Of a stretch of DNA of 64,000 nt, positions 7,890-17,105 are shown one piece after another (position 1 is the first letter of the stretch; every line of letters starts with the position of its first letter). The position numbers and the translations under genes were made by a program. Source of the stretch: an uncultured Acidobacteriota bacterium. GTDB taxonomy: Bacteria; Acidobacteriota; Terriglobia; Acidiferrales; UBA7541. The notes beneath the pieces are model-generated. The model was not told the origin of the DNA and searched no databases. It saw only the letters and a program-made list of their open reading frames with translations. The stretch is taken from contig CAWFQV010000004.1 of assembly GCA_963818085.1 (NCBI GenBank), positions 91,818 through 155,817 on the forward strand, given 5' to 3'.

Positions 7890-9782
7890 CTAATTTTTCG
7901 GATTTCCTCTTTTTGCGGGCGACGGCGCAGCGCCCTGCTCAAGAGACCCACTGAAGTAACCGCCCGGATCGACTTCAATCCAGAATAGCTGATCGGCGCT
8001 TGCCTGATAGGCGGCCACGTTCAGGGTGATGTCGCTCACGAAGCTGTTATTAGACAGGGTGAAGGGGTTGAGGGTGTAGCGTCCCGCGTGCAGGTTGTCA
8101 GGGACAGCGGCTGCGGTGAAGGCAGCGTCAGTGTAAGTCGTCTTGTTGGCAGCGACGGCGCCGAACGGATCGCTGAGGTCACCTTGTCCCAGGAAGGCGC
8201 CGCCCGGCTCCGTAACTGAACCCGTGCCGACGAAATCGAATTCGAAGAAGCCGTCGCGATTCGTTACGCCTTGGCCTCCGAAAGTGTAAAAGCCGGCGAA
8301 GTCACTTGGTGTGGTTGCGGTTTGTGGAACCAGTGAGCCGGTGCCGACAAGCCTGGCATCCATTTCGGCGACAAGCGCGCCTCCTCCATCGGCGTCCGGG
8401 CCATTGGGATCCAATATGTTAAGGGATGGATCGACCGCGTAAATCCCGAGCGTCTCAATGTCTCCAAAGCCGGGATTAAATGTGATAGACCCGTAACCAT
8501 TGTCGGCGACCGTGTATATGCCGCTGATTGTTGTAGCCATAAGCTGTTTTCCATTGGCCAGCTCGTTCAAGTCTCCGACACCGTTGAAATTACTCTGGTT
8601 GGGTGTGAACTGGCCTACTGCCGCATAGCTGTCGAAAGCATTTGCAACCGAGAACACGGATTGACCGATGGAACCATTCGAGAAGCTCGGCACAGCTCCT
8701 TGACCATATGCTGAGCCGACAGCTGTGTCGTGCGAGATGGAATCGACATCGATGATACGGAACACCTGGGGGCCGACGACGTAGTAGTTGATGAGGGTGG
8801 CGATCCCAGTGCTGTTGTTGACCGCGCCGCGGCCGAAAGAGTCGGGTGTCGACAATGAAGCAGACAACGGATTGTTCAACGAAACAGCGCCAGGCGTACC
8901 ACCTAGGTTGCTGTCCAATGTACCGCCGAGCGCATCGGCTGTTACCGTAAACACTCCTCCGAATGAAGCAGGAAAAAATCCGCTCTCCGCTTCGCCTGCT
9001 CCGGAGACAACAAAGGAAAACGAACCAGAAGGCATTGACGTAGACGTCTGAAGGTCGAGGCTTCCGCTGGATGTTGCGGTTCCATCGAACTGAGTGATGA
9101 GCGCATGTTTAGGATTCGGAAAGGAGACGGCAAAGGTTTCGGTACCGGCGTTGCCTAGATGCGAATTATTCGTGATGAGAGTCAGCGTTCCGAGTCCGTC
9201 GGCGGCAAGAACCAAGGACCCGGCGGTGATGGTGTCACCCTGAGGCTGTGGCGATGTGATTGCGACGCCATCGTTGTAGTCCTGTTCGCCGCCAACAACG
9301 GCGAAAGAACCATCCGCAGATGCAACCTGCGCAATCACCACTACTCCTGCGATGGAGTAAACAGGAAAGTTCGCCGAAACATTTTCCTCACCGCTTGCAT
9401 AGAACGTGAAATTTTGTGTGGCTACGCCTGTGATAACCACGTTGACAGATGCGCTACGGACCGCGCCCGTAACCGATGTGGCCGTGATGGTCACTGAGGC
9501 ACCGGTTGGGGCAACCGAAGGAGCCGTGTATGAGCTGGCCATTCCACTGGCAGTTTGCAATGGACTAAACGTTCCGCATGATCCGACGGGCCTGCAACTC
9601 CAAACAACTCCGCCGGCCTTAGAATCATGCGTGACTGTGGCTATGACGCTAGTGCTCGTGCCGGCCGCCAAAGTCGTCGGCGCGGTCGTGATGGTCACTG
9701 CGAGACCAGAGCCTGAGCCGCAGCCTGCGTTGCCGAATGCCAGAAGTGCGACGATCACAGTGCAGAAAGTTCTTCTATTCAT
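7890..9782 (-). CDS. large secreted lipoprotein with Ig-like N-terminal domain and repeated beta-rich modules
   Basis: ORF 7890-9893. ATG 9782 gives 'MNRRTFCTVIVALLAFGNAGCGSG', a signal peptide with a lipobox-like AGC. The protein is Thr/Ser/Gly/Ala-rich with no catalytic motif that I recognise. Confidence 0.7.
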   Translation of the reverse strand: MNRRTFCTVIVALLAFGNAGCGSGSGLAVTITTAPTTLAAGTSTSVIATVTHDSKAGGVVWSCRPVGSCGTFSPLQTASGMASSYTAPSVAPTGASVTITATSVTGAVRSASVNVVITGVATQNFTFYASGEENVSANFPVYSIAGVVVIAQVASADGSFAVVGGEQDYNDGVAITSPQPQGDTITAGSLVLAADGLGTLTLITNNSHLGNAGTETFAVSFPNPKHALITQFDGTATSSGSLDLQTSTSMPSGSFSFVVSGAGEAESGFFPASFGGVFTVTADALGGTLDSNLGGTPGAVSLNNPLSASLSTPDSFGRGAVNNSTGIATLINYYVVGPQVFRIIDVDSISHDTAVGSAYGQGAVPSFSNGSIGQSVFSVANAFDSYAAVGQFTPNQSNFNGVGDLNELANGKQLMATTISGIYTVADNGYGSITFNPGFGDIETLGIYAVDPSLNILDPNGPDADGGGALVAEMDARLVGTGSLVPQTATTPSDFAGFYTFGGQGVTNRDGFFEFDFVGTGSVTEPGGAFLGQGDLSDPFGAVAANKTTYTDAAFTAAAVPDNLHAGRYTLNPFTLSNNSFVSDITLNVAAYQASADQLFWIEVDPGGYFSGSLEQGAAPSPAKRGNPKN

Positions 9783-10042
9783 AGCGGCCGGCTTTCGCTT
9801 GGGAATGCAACTGCCATTCGATCGATGACCCATGACGCTGTTCTTTTGGAATCGAAAGTACAGAGACAGGCTGCGCACGTCCGCGCGGCACATCGACGAC
9901 TTCCCTCAATAGACAAAAAGGATTCCCGTTTGGAACAAACAACCCCGGCGAATATAACACGAACACCAGGGCGCCCTGGCGGGGCAAGTAAACACAATGT
10001 TCTTAAACTTCCAACTGGTGGTTACCGATGAGTTTCATACTT

Positions 10043-10645
10043 TTACTGAGCGGCTTGGGTGGTCTGGGGGGAGGTGTCCGTGACGTCCAGGTGAAATTGA
10101 ACTTGGACGGTATTGGCCACTTTATTGAGCGGCACGTTGTGAGTCATTCCAAAGTCGCGCCGGTTGAAAGAAAAATTTCCGTCAATCAACCGATGTCCAT
10201 TCACGGGGGGGCGTACGGTAACAGCCACTGACACAAGCTGGGTAATTCCGCGCATAGTGAGCTCCCCATTCATCAGAAACTTCGACGGATCGGGGCCACC
10301 ATCCGGTGTGATGCTCTTCGATACGAAATGAATCTGGGGATATTGCTTCACGTCAAAGAAGTTTTTCCCCTTTACTTCTTTGTCTTTCAGACCGCTTCCA
10401 GTGCTAACACTGTCCGCCGCGATTTCCATATCTAGAGATGCATCGCCGAATTTGTCCGCAGGCATTTTCAGATTGACGTCCCAGGCATGGAATACGCCGA
10501 CGGTTTTGGCGAAAGTGGCGCTAGCGTGAAATTCGATCTTGCTATCCGACTTCACCACGGTGCGCGCGGGGTCTGACTGGATCTGAGCGCCTAATGAAAT
10601 GGCCGCCAAACTGAAAAGCATGCAGGCTCCAAGCACTCGTTTCAA
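10043..10645 (-). CDS. YceI-family periplasmic (polyisoprenoid-binding-like) protein
   Basis: 200-aa ORF with a signal peptide (MKRVLGACMLFSLAAISLGAQ). Family pattern: 'SKIEFHASATFAKTVGVFHAWDVNLKM', 'FFDVKQYPQIHFVSK', 'GELTMRGIT'. Confidence 0.8.
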   Translation of the reverse strand: MKRVLGACMLFSLAAISLGAQIQSDPARTVVKSDSKIEFHASATFAKTVGVFHAWDVNLKMPADKFGDASLDMEIAADSVSTGSGLKDKEVKGKNFFDVKQYPQIHFVSKSITPDGGPDPSKFLMNGELTMRGITQLVSVAVTVRPPVNGHRLIDGNFSFNRRDFGMTHNVPLNKVANTVQVQFHLDVTDTSPQTTQAAQ

Positions 10646-10818
10646 GAAGCACCTCGAAAAATAAAAGATGTGGATTTACGATGCATTTGCCAGCACGACG
10701 CGCCAGCAAGCTGCCAGGAAGTGTCCCAAGACCGGTTATGTGTCCTGAAGGAACATTCAGCCACCGCGTACCAATAGTATATCAGCCGGCGTCATAGAAA
10801 TTGTCTTAAGCTGGAAGA

Positions 10819-11160
10819 CTACTGGGGAAAGCGGTGGATGACCAATGAGATGGACCGGCCGACGCAGATAATATGGCGTGACGATGGCGATGATGGACGA
10901 TGCAATCGCCTTAGTCCCGTGAAAATTAGAGAGCGGCTTGTCCCCCCGTACATGACCAGATAAACCGCTATACCGTACGGCACACCGGAAAGAACGGGTT
11001 TCTCAATCAGAAAGGTGAGTTTGCGGCTAGCCAGGGCAAAAATGGTAGCGGCGTAGAAGGCGATCAAAAAATGAAAAGCGAGGCCAAGCGCGGCAGTGGC
11101 CGTCCCGCCGTTGAATGATGCCGGGCCGAGCCAGACGGCGGCAATCCGGAGAGAGCAACT
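10819..11160 (-). pseudogene. possible 5'-truncated membrane-protein gene remnant
   Basis: The open frame runs from immediately after the amidohydrolase TGA (same frame) to 10819. It has no ATG or GTG; the only start-like codon is TTG at 11067. It encodes two hydrophobic helices ('AALGLAFHFLIAFYAATIFALA', 'VLSGVPYGIAVYLVMYGG'). Confidence 0.3.
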
Positions 11161-12477
11161 TCACTTGCGGTAGATCACGCCGTTTTTCATTACGAAGGAA
11201 ACTTTTTGCAGAACGGAAATATCCTGGAGCGGGTTGCCGGGGACGGCGATGATGTCGGCATCGTAACCTGGTTTCAACACACCAATTTGATTTTGCCAGC
11301 CTATCAATTTTGCGCCGTTTAGTGTGCCGGACTGGAGCGCGGCGAGCGGCGACATTCCGAATTTCACCATCAGCACAAATTCGCGTGCTTGCGTGCCGTG
11401 GGGAAATGGGCCGACGTCGGAGCCCATGGCGAAAGGTACGCTGGCCGCGAGTTGTTTCTTGAATTCCTGTGCGTGAAGATCGAGTAACTGACTATCGCGA
11501 GCACCCTGTGCGAGTGTGTTGGGGTGCGCGGCGAAATATTCAAAGATGGTAAACGTGGGCACGGCGAAGATTTGTTTTTCGCGCATAATGCGCATCGTTT
11601 CATCGCTGAGTTGTAGCGCGTGATCGATGGATGCGACGCCGGCGCGCGCCGCGTAGAGAGTGCCCGGTTCGCCCATAGCATGAACGGCGACGCGATGTCC
11701 AGTGCGAGCGGCTTCGTGGACTGCGACAGTGAGTTCTTCCTCGGTGTACTGGTAAGGAGTGGAGAAATGGCCATCGACGATCTTGTCGGGGCCGGTCTCG
11801 TAAATTTTGATGAAGTCAGCGCCTTCTTTTAGTTGGCCGCGAATCGCGGTGACGAGTTCTTCAGCGTTGTTGGCGTAGGTAGCGTTCGAGAGCACGTGCT
11901 GCGCCGGGTTGTAGCCGATGGCGTCTTCGTGGCCGCCAAGAATGTCAATGGCGTTGCCGCTAATGCGCAGGCGCGGCCCGGGGAGCAAGCCATCATTGAT
12001 TGCGTTGCGGACGGCGGTGTCAGCGGAGCTCGCGCCTTCGGTGCCCATGTCGCGCTCGGCGGTGAATCCTGCGAGCAGATCGTCGCGTGCGGCGAGCGTG
12101 GCGAGGATGGTGCGCTGTGGAACAGATTCTTGAACCGTCTGTAAATCTTCGGCGCCGGGATGCAGGAAAAGATGGACGTGCGCGTCAATGAGGCCAGGAA
12201 GCAAAGTGGTGTCGCCGAGGTCGATGAAGTCAGACTCGTGCGGGTGCGTCACCAAGGAGCCGACTTCCACGATGAGGTCGCCACGCACCAGGATTTCCCC
12301 GGGCGTCAGCGTGCGGCCGGTTTCGACGTCGAGGAGCCGGGCGGCGTGGAGCACGATGGCGCGCGGAGGAGGCGCAGATTTTGGCTCGTTTGCCTGCCCG
12401 TGAATTAGTGGAACGAAGAACAACGTGCAGCAGAGAGCAAATATTAGGAGTGTTCCGAAACCGCGATCGGTAATCAT
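11161..12477 (-). CDS. secreted amidohydrolase-superfamily metallohydrolase
   Basis: ORF 11161-12555. ATG 12477 gives a signal peptide ('MITDRGFGTLLIFALCCTLFFVPLIHGQA'). It has the metal motif 'LLPGLIDAHVHL' and later 'VAVHAMG', 'HALQL' and 'MGSDVG' elements of the TIM-barrel amidohydrolase fold. Confidence 0.85.
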   Translation of the reverse strand: MITDRGFGTLLIFALCCTLFFVPLIHGQANEPKSAPPPRAIVLHAARLLDVETGRTLTPGEILVRGDLIVEVGSLVTHPHESDFIDLGDTTLLPGLIDAHVHLFLHPGAEDLQTVQESVPQRTILATLAARDDLLAGFTAERDMGTEGASSADTAVRNAINDGLLPGPRLRISGNAIDILGGHEDAIGYNPAQHVLSNATYANNAEELVTAIRGQLKEGADFIKIYETGPDKIVDGHFSTPYQYTEEELTVAVHEAARTGHRVAVHAMGEPGTLYAARAGVASIDHALQLSDETMRIMREKQIFAVPTFTIFEYFAAHPNTLAQGARDSQLLDLHAQEFKKQLAASVPFAMGSDVGPFPHGTQAREFVLMVKFGMSPLAALQSGTLNGAKLIGWQNQIGVLKPGYDADIIAVPGNPLQDISVLQKVSFVMKNGVIYRK

Positions 12478-12681
12478 GTTAACGCGCGATAATAACACGC
12501 GGTGCAGAATCAGCGGAAGCCGCCGATGGCTCGATGTAGTGCCGATCACTTTCATCGATACTCTAAGGTTTCCATGTTTTCTGCTGCTGGTTGGTGACGG
12601 CGCATGGTCTCTAGATGCACGATTGGCGGAAAGACGGGACCGCCCTTCCGTTTGAAGAAAGCGCTTTGCAAAAACGAGTGC

Positions 12682-12720
12682 AAAAAGAAAGGCGCTCTGG
12701 CGTTTTGCACCAGAGCGCCT
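12682..12720 (-). terminator. intrinsic terminator downstream of the YXWGXW gene
   Basis: 11-bp perfect stem (12690-12700 pairs with 12710-12720; AGGCGCTCTGG / CCAGAGCGCCT) with a 9-nt loop. On the minus strand it is followed by TTCTTTTTG. Confidence 0.75.
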
Positions 12721-12753
12721 TTTGTGATGCTCCTAATTCACTGAGTTATCGCG

Positions 12754-14004
12754 TTAACGCTTGCTGCGCGATTCGGCACTCGGCCTCGATCCGCCACCTT
12801 GCCTAGACCCGCCTGAACTGGCTCGAGGGGCGCTTGGCTGCCGAGCCGCATTTTGCTGCGGTGCGGACTGGTGGCTAGCGCGTGGCGCGGCAGCAGGCGC
12901 GCTGCGTTGTGCAGGCGGTGCCGGCTGCGACCGCATTGCATGGCTCTGCGAGCGCGCTGCGGTGTTCGTGCGTGGCGCTGGCTGTGATGCACGGGCATTA
13001 TTTTGCACGCGTCTCGTGGTGTCAGTGCGTGACACTGGCGCGTTGCGCTGCACACGCTGCGCAGTGTTGGTGTGCGGCGTAGTGCGCGAGGCACCTGCAT
13101 TATTCTGTGAACGCGTTGCGTTGCTGGAGCGCGCTGAGTTATTTGAGCGTACGCTGTTCATCGCAGAGCGGTTCGTTATAGAACGCCCTGCGGTAGTCTG
13201 ACGCTGAAAGTTGGTCGAGCGTGATCCATTGGTTGTGCTTCGCTCTGTGTTTCGCGTTGTGTTGTGGCTGTTTTCAATTTGCGACGCAACATTTCTTGTG
13301 CCCTTGAAATCGCCCGGCCTTGCTGTTGCAGTCACCGCCGGGCGCCCGTGGTTCACCGACGCGAGTTGATTGCGATCTTGCCTGGCCGTGCGTTCGTGCT
13401 GCATTTGCGCGGACGTTGCATTCGCGTGCCGGTCCCGATTCGCGGCCATCTCAGCAGCACTTGGACGCGCATTGATGCCTCCCCGTCCGCCGTTATAGCT
13501 CACGCGATTGACCTCGCGATTGTTGATCACCGTTTTGTTGTACACGTTATGAATGTTCGTGACGTCTATGTGGTTCACCTCGCGGTTGTAGAAGAAATGA
13601 TCGCCGTGCCAGTACCCGCCTTCGTAGCCAAACCCGCCGTACCCGAAGCCGTAATTAATGCCGCCGTAGAAGCCGACGTGCGGTCCCCAGTAACCGACGT
13701 GCCAGAAATAGCCTCCGTCACCCCAGCCCCAATAGCCTGGAGTCCACAGAAAGCCAACCTGCGGAGCAAGCACCCAAGTGCCGGGCACCCAGTAGTAGCC
13801 GTCAACGTCGTCATAGGCCCAATAGCCGGGCGTCCATATATAACCTTCGCCAGGGCATATGGGCTGGACGTAGACCGGCAGCGCCGGCGGCGCAATGCTG
13901 ACAGCTACGCCAAAGCCGAACCCGCTGGCGGCCGAAGTTGTGGCTGGTAGCATGAACATTCCAAGTACGAACAAGAGCAAGCCAATTAACGTTATTTTTT
14001 TCAT
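12754..14004 (-). CDS. secreted YXWGXW-repeat protein with long Arg/Ser/Asn/Thr/Gln-rich C-terminal tail
   Basis: ORF 12754-14196. ATG 14004 has AGGAG 9 nt upstream and gives the signal peptide 'MKKITLIGLLLFVLGMFMLPATTSAASG'. Repeats read 'YIWTPGYWAY..GYYWVPGTWV..GFLWTPGYWGW..GYFWHVGYWGPHVGFYGG'. The last ~255 aa are low-complexity and basic. Confidence 0.8.
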   Translation of the reverse strand: MKKITLIGLLLFVLGMFMLPATTSAASGFGFGVAVSIAPPALPVYVQPICPGEGYIWTPGYWAYDDVDGYYWVPGTWVLAPQVGFLWTPGYWGWGDGGYFWHVGYWGPHVGFYGGINYGFGYGGFGYEGGYWHGDHFFYNREVNHIDVTNIHNVYNKTVINNREVNRVSYNGGRGGINARPSAAEMAANRDRHANATSAQMQHERTARQDRNQLASVNHGRPAVTATARPGDFKGTRNVASQIENSHNTTRNTERSTTNGSRSTNFQRQTTAGRSITNRSAMNSVRSNNSARSSNATRSQNNAGASRTTPHTNTAQRVQRNAPVSRTDTTRRVQNNARASQPAPRTNTAARSQSHAMRSQPAPPAQRSAPAAAPRASHQSAPQQNAARQPSAPRASSGGSRQGGGSRPSAESRSKR

Positions 14005-14601
14005 TGTGACGCTCCTGTGCGGGAAATCTGCACGCTGCGTTCTGTGGGAGCCGGGGTGGGTGACCGCCCCGGCCACCCGGTGGTTGTGAGCAATCATGAT
14101 TCCTACTCCGACTCGTATAATTCTTTCACGCAGAAACTGTGAATCATCCAGCGCCTTACGCGATCCCCGCTTTCTTGGCGCTACTTTGTTAAACACGCAA
14201 GCGAGGCGAAAGTCGCGCGGGCTATTGTTACGGAACTTTTAACGGCAACTCGCCAAGTGACAGTCTGATTCGAACGTTGTGAGTGAAATCGTATTTTTTT
14301 CGCCAACAATTTGCACCGGCCAATCGGCACGCCTCAATAATGTTGAAATGAAGGAAGGACGAACCAACATTTCCTTGCGGAAGATAGCGACAGTACTCGT
14401 CTTCGCCATTGCGCCAGTCGGAACCGCTCGGACTGGAGCAGGAAGCGCAGTATAGAGATACTGGCGACACCCAACGACGCAGCTAACTTTTTCTGCGAGC
14501 AACCCTAAATCTCTGCAAGGAATGCTGAGGACCCGCGCGCGCGTTGCAGTCGTGAAACTATTCAACTGCAATCAATCGGAGCAATCCACGGGATACGTTG
14601 G

Positions 14602-16125
14602 CTAGTCCGTATCCGGCGGTTCTACCTCCGTAGCAGCGGTGGTGGTGAAGAAGTTTGCACCCAGCGGAGCTGGAATCGTTTTGTATGGCGTTGGGATGCG
14701 ATGAAAATTGAAGAACTCGTGGAGATCATTGGTCGCTCGCGCATCGGCGAAACCGAGATTGCCGAGACCGAAAATGCTCTCGATCCCCTTCACGATGCTC
14801 CCAAAATCACATTTCTCATTGCTGATGTACCCAGTCTTCGGCGAGTAGGCCGAAACCACCAACAGCGGTACACGAAAGCCGAGTTGATAGTCGCGTTGGT
14901 TCGCGCCAGTCTGGAAAACTGGCGGAACGTGGTCGTACCAACCTCCCCAATCGTCCCAGGTAATGAATATGACGGTATCCTTCCAATAGCCAGTATCGTC
15001 GTCACAACTTATATTATTTCCGATGGCATTCACAATGGCGGCCACCCACGACGGCCCCTGTCCGCTGTTGATCGGATGATCTGAATACTGCCCCGCTGGC
15101 GTTATCCAACTTACTTGCGGCAGGGCGCAGTTGGCGATGTCGTTCAAGACGTCGGGAGGTTTCGTGTCAACGTAGCCGTTCGATTCCCCCTTAACCCAGT
15201 CTGGTCCCGTGCACACGCCGTTCAAGGGCATGCAAATATTCGCGAGCGAGTTCGGCGCTACCCACAGGCTACTCTGACCTTCTGCATAGTATGTCCATGT
15301 GATTTTGGGCGTAGGCAGACTAAACAAATAATCCATAGCATTGCGGTCGAAACATTCCACCGTTCTGTCACCCGGCGTTTCCGTGCCAAAAGGAGGCTCG
15401 CCGCTTCCATTCGGTCGGATCAGTTGTATCGATTCACCCGCGCCACACCCATAGCTTGTACCGGGACCATTTTCTGACACAAAGATTCCCAGCATGTCGT
15501 CTGTGGCCGTGGGCGCGGAGGTCGCGCCAAAAATAAACTGATGGGCGGGAAAGCTCGGGCCCTGGTTGGTCTGATACATATGGTTGGCCCACCCGTATGT
15601 TGTCGCCATAGTGATGTAAGGGTCGAGAAGGCCACCTTTACTCCCGTCAGTATTCGTTACCGGGGAGTTGTACACATACATGAACTGAGAAAAGTTATTA
15701 GCCGGGACCGTGCAACCAAAGATGTTGGCGCCACAGAGGGCCGGAACGTTCACTCCGGGTTTGCCGCTAATACCCTGGTTCTTGAACTGGAAATCAAACC
15801 CGCTGATGGTTCCGTTGAGCTTCGGTCCCCCGTGGCTGTGATCCAAATCGAAGTTGGTGGCCAGCCCGACCGGCGTTAAGGGTACAGTCTGGAGGTCGGC
15901 ATTCAAATAGTTCGATACGATATCGTACGTTGAAGAGCCGGTCGCGCTACATCCCGGCACGCCGCCGTTTGCGGTGCACAATCCCTGAAACAGATTGTCG
16001 GGAGTCCGGTTTTCCTGAAAGATGACCACCACATGCTGAATCGGAGTGCTGCCGTACTGAGCATGAGTCGAAGTTGCCGGGAGTCCAACGACGAGAAACA
16101 ACAAAACCCTGAAGGTGGATTTCAT
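14602..16125 (-). CDS. secreted phosphoesterase-family protein (phospholipase C / acid phosphatase AcpA type)
   Basis: ORF 14602-16224. ATG 16125 has AGGGAG upstream and gives the signal peptide 'MKSTFRVLLFLVVGLPATSTHAQ'. Family motifs: 'HVVVIFQENRTPDNLFQGL', 'VIFITWDDWGGWYDHVPPP', 'GFRVPLLVVS'. Confidence 0.85.
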   Translation of the reverse strand: MKSTFRVLLFLVVGLPATSTHAQYGSTPIQHVVVIFQENRTPDNLFQGLCTANGGVPGCSATGSSTYDIVSNYLNADLQTVPLTPVGLATNFDLDHSHGGPKLNGTISGFDFQFKNQGISGKPGVNVPALCGANIFGCTVPANNFSQFMYVYNSPVTNTDGSKGGLLDPYITMATTYGWANHMYQTNQGPSFPAHQFIFGATSAPTATDDMLGIFVSENGPGTSYGCGAGESIQLIRPNGSGEPPFGTETPGDRTVECFDRNAMDYLFSLPTPKITWTYYAEGQSSLWVAPNSLANICMPLNGVCTGPDWVKGESNGYVDTKPPDVLNDIANCALPQVSWITPAGQYSDHPINSGQGPSWVAAIVNAIGNNISCDDDTGYWKDTVIFITWDDWGGWYDHVPPVFQTGANQRDYQLGFRVPLLVVSAYSPKTGYISNEKCDFGSIVKGIESIFGLGNLGFADARATNDLHEFFNFHRIPTPYKTIPAPLGANFFTTTAATEVEPPDTD

Positions 16126-16713
16126 ATCGATCTCCCTTCTCCGAAGTGGCAGTGACGGGGTGAACAGCGTGGCGCTGGCGCGAGCATCCACTATCTTCCA
16201 GTTTGTGATAGGCGTCAACCGCATCTAGCTCGATCCTGCACAAATCAAGCGGCCATGGCGAACCAATGCGCCCGTAAAGGTTGGTCTGCGCCGTGGAGGT
16301 ATGAAGATTTCCTTGTAGCGCAACCTCGGTTCCGATGTCGTAGGCTGTAACACAAGTAGAGGGGGAAAGTTGTGCCTGAGGATGGCTTTGCGAATCCATC
16401 ACTCTCCATTTGTCCGCCTCGCCGCATCCGGATCTTTTGCGAAATTTTCACGAGGTCATCTTCGCGCAACTTCTGTAACAACTTGCGTAGCGATTGCTGT
16501 TCGCGCCCGTCCGGCACGCGCATCAGCGCCTTCACCATCTTCGCGTGCTTCGGAAATACCGTCCCGACGAACTCTCGTAACGCGCAGATTCCTGCAAATT
16601 CCTTTATGGCTTTGCCACACTTATTTTTGACATTCGCGGCAGCCGAAAAGCGCGTTTTTCAGCTTGCTAAAGTAGGCGATCTCAAAGTGGGGCTGCTCGA
16701 TTTTGGTTTCAGG

Positions 16714-16742
16714 TTGACATCTTACCCAGAGTCGCGGATACT
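16714..16742 (+). promoter_or_regulatory. candidate sigma-70 promoter of padR (leaderless or near-leaderless transcript)
   Basis: TTGACA (16714-16719), 17-nt spacer, GATACT (16737-16742). The ATG at 16751 lies 8 nt after the -10 element with no Shine-Dalgarno sequence in between. Confidence 0.4.
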
Positions 16743-16750
16743 CGGGTTAT

Positions 16751-17101
16751 ATGTCGACCCAAGAAACAAGAGAACGATTGGAATTGCTGCAAGGCACACT
16801 GGATCTGCTCATCCTGCGCACTCTCATCTTCGGATCCCAGCACGGGCAAGGGATTGCACGCACCATCCAGCAGACCTCAGATGAAGAGCTGCTGGTGGAG
16901 CACGGAGCGCTTTATCCCGCGCTCCAACGGCTTGAGGAGCGCGGCTGGATTTCCGCGAAATGGGGGCTCTCCACAAATAACCGCAAGGCTCGCTTTTATT
17001 CACTGACATGGGCCGGTCGTAAGCAACTGGTGAAAGAAACCACCAAGTGGAATCGATTGACGGCAGCTATCGGGCGCATTCTGGAGGCAGAGGAGGGCTA
17101 G
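16751..17101 (+). CDS. PadR-family transcriptional regulator
   Basis: 116-aa ORF. '[26 protein letters not shown]...[20 protein letters not shown]' is the PadR winged-helix signature. Confidence 0.92.
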   Translation: MSTQETRERLELLQGTLDLLILRTLIFGSQHGQGIARTIQQTSDEELLVEHGALYPALQRLEERGWISAKWGLSTNNRKARFYSLTWAGRKQLVKETTKWNRLTAAIGRILEAEEG

Positions 17102-17105
17102 GGCT

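Noticed and set aside
14228-14571. Two overlapping minus-strand ORFs of 80 and 110 codons in the gap between the phosphoesterase gene and the YXWGXW gene.
   Set aside because: They are mutually exclusive frames with no SD, no family resemblance and no signal or TM features.
16245-16538. 97-codon minus-strand ORF. The frame is open further upstream, and part of it (FAGICALREFVGTVFPKHAKMVKALMRVPDGREQQSLRKLLQKLREDDLV) looks like the C-terminal half of a small regulator.
   Set aside because: There is no start codon for the protein-like part. The downstream half is compositionally odd (Cys/Arg/His). At best it is a decayed fragment, and there is not enough evidence to annotate it.
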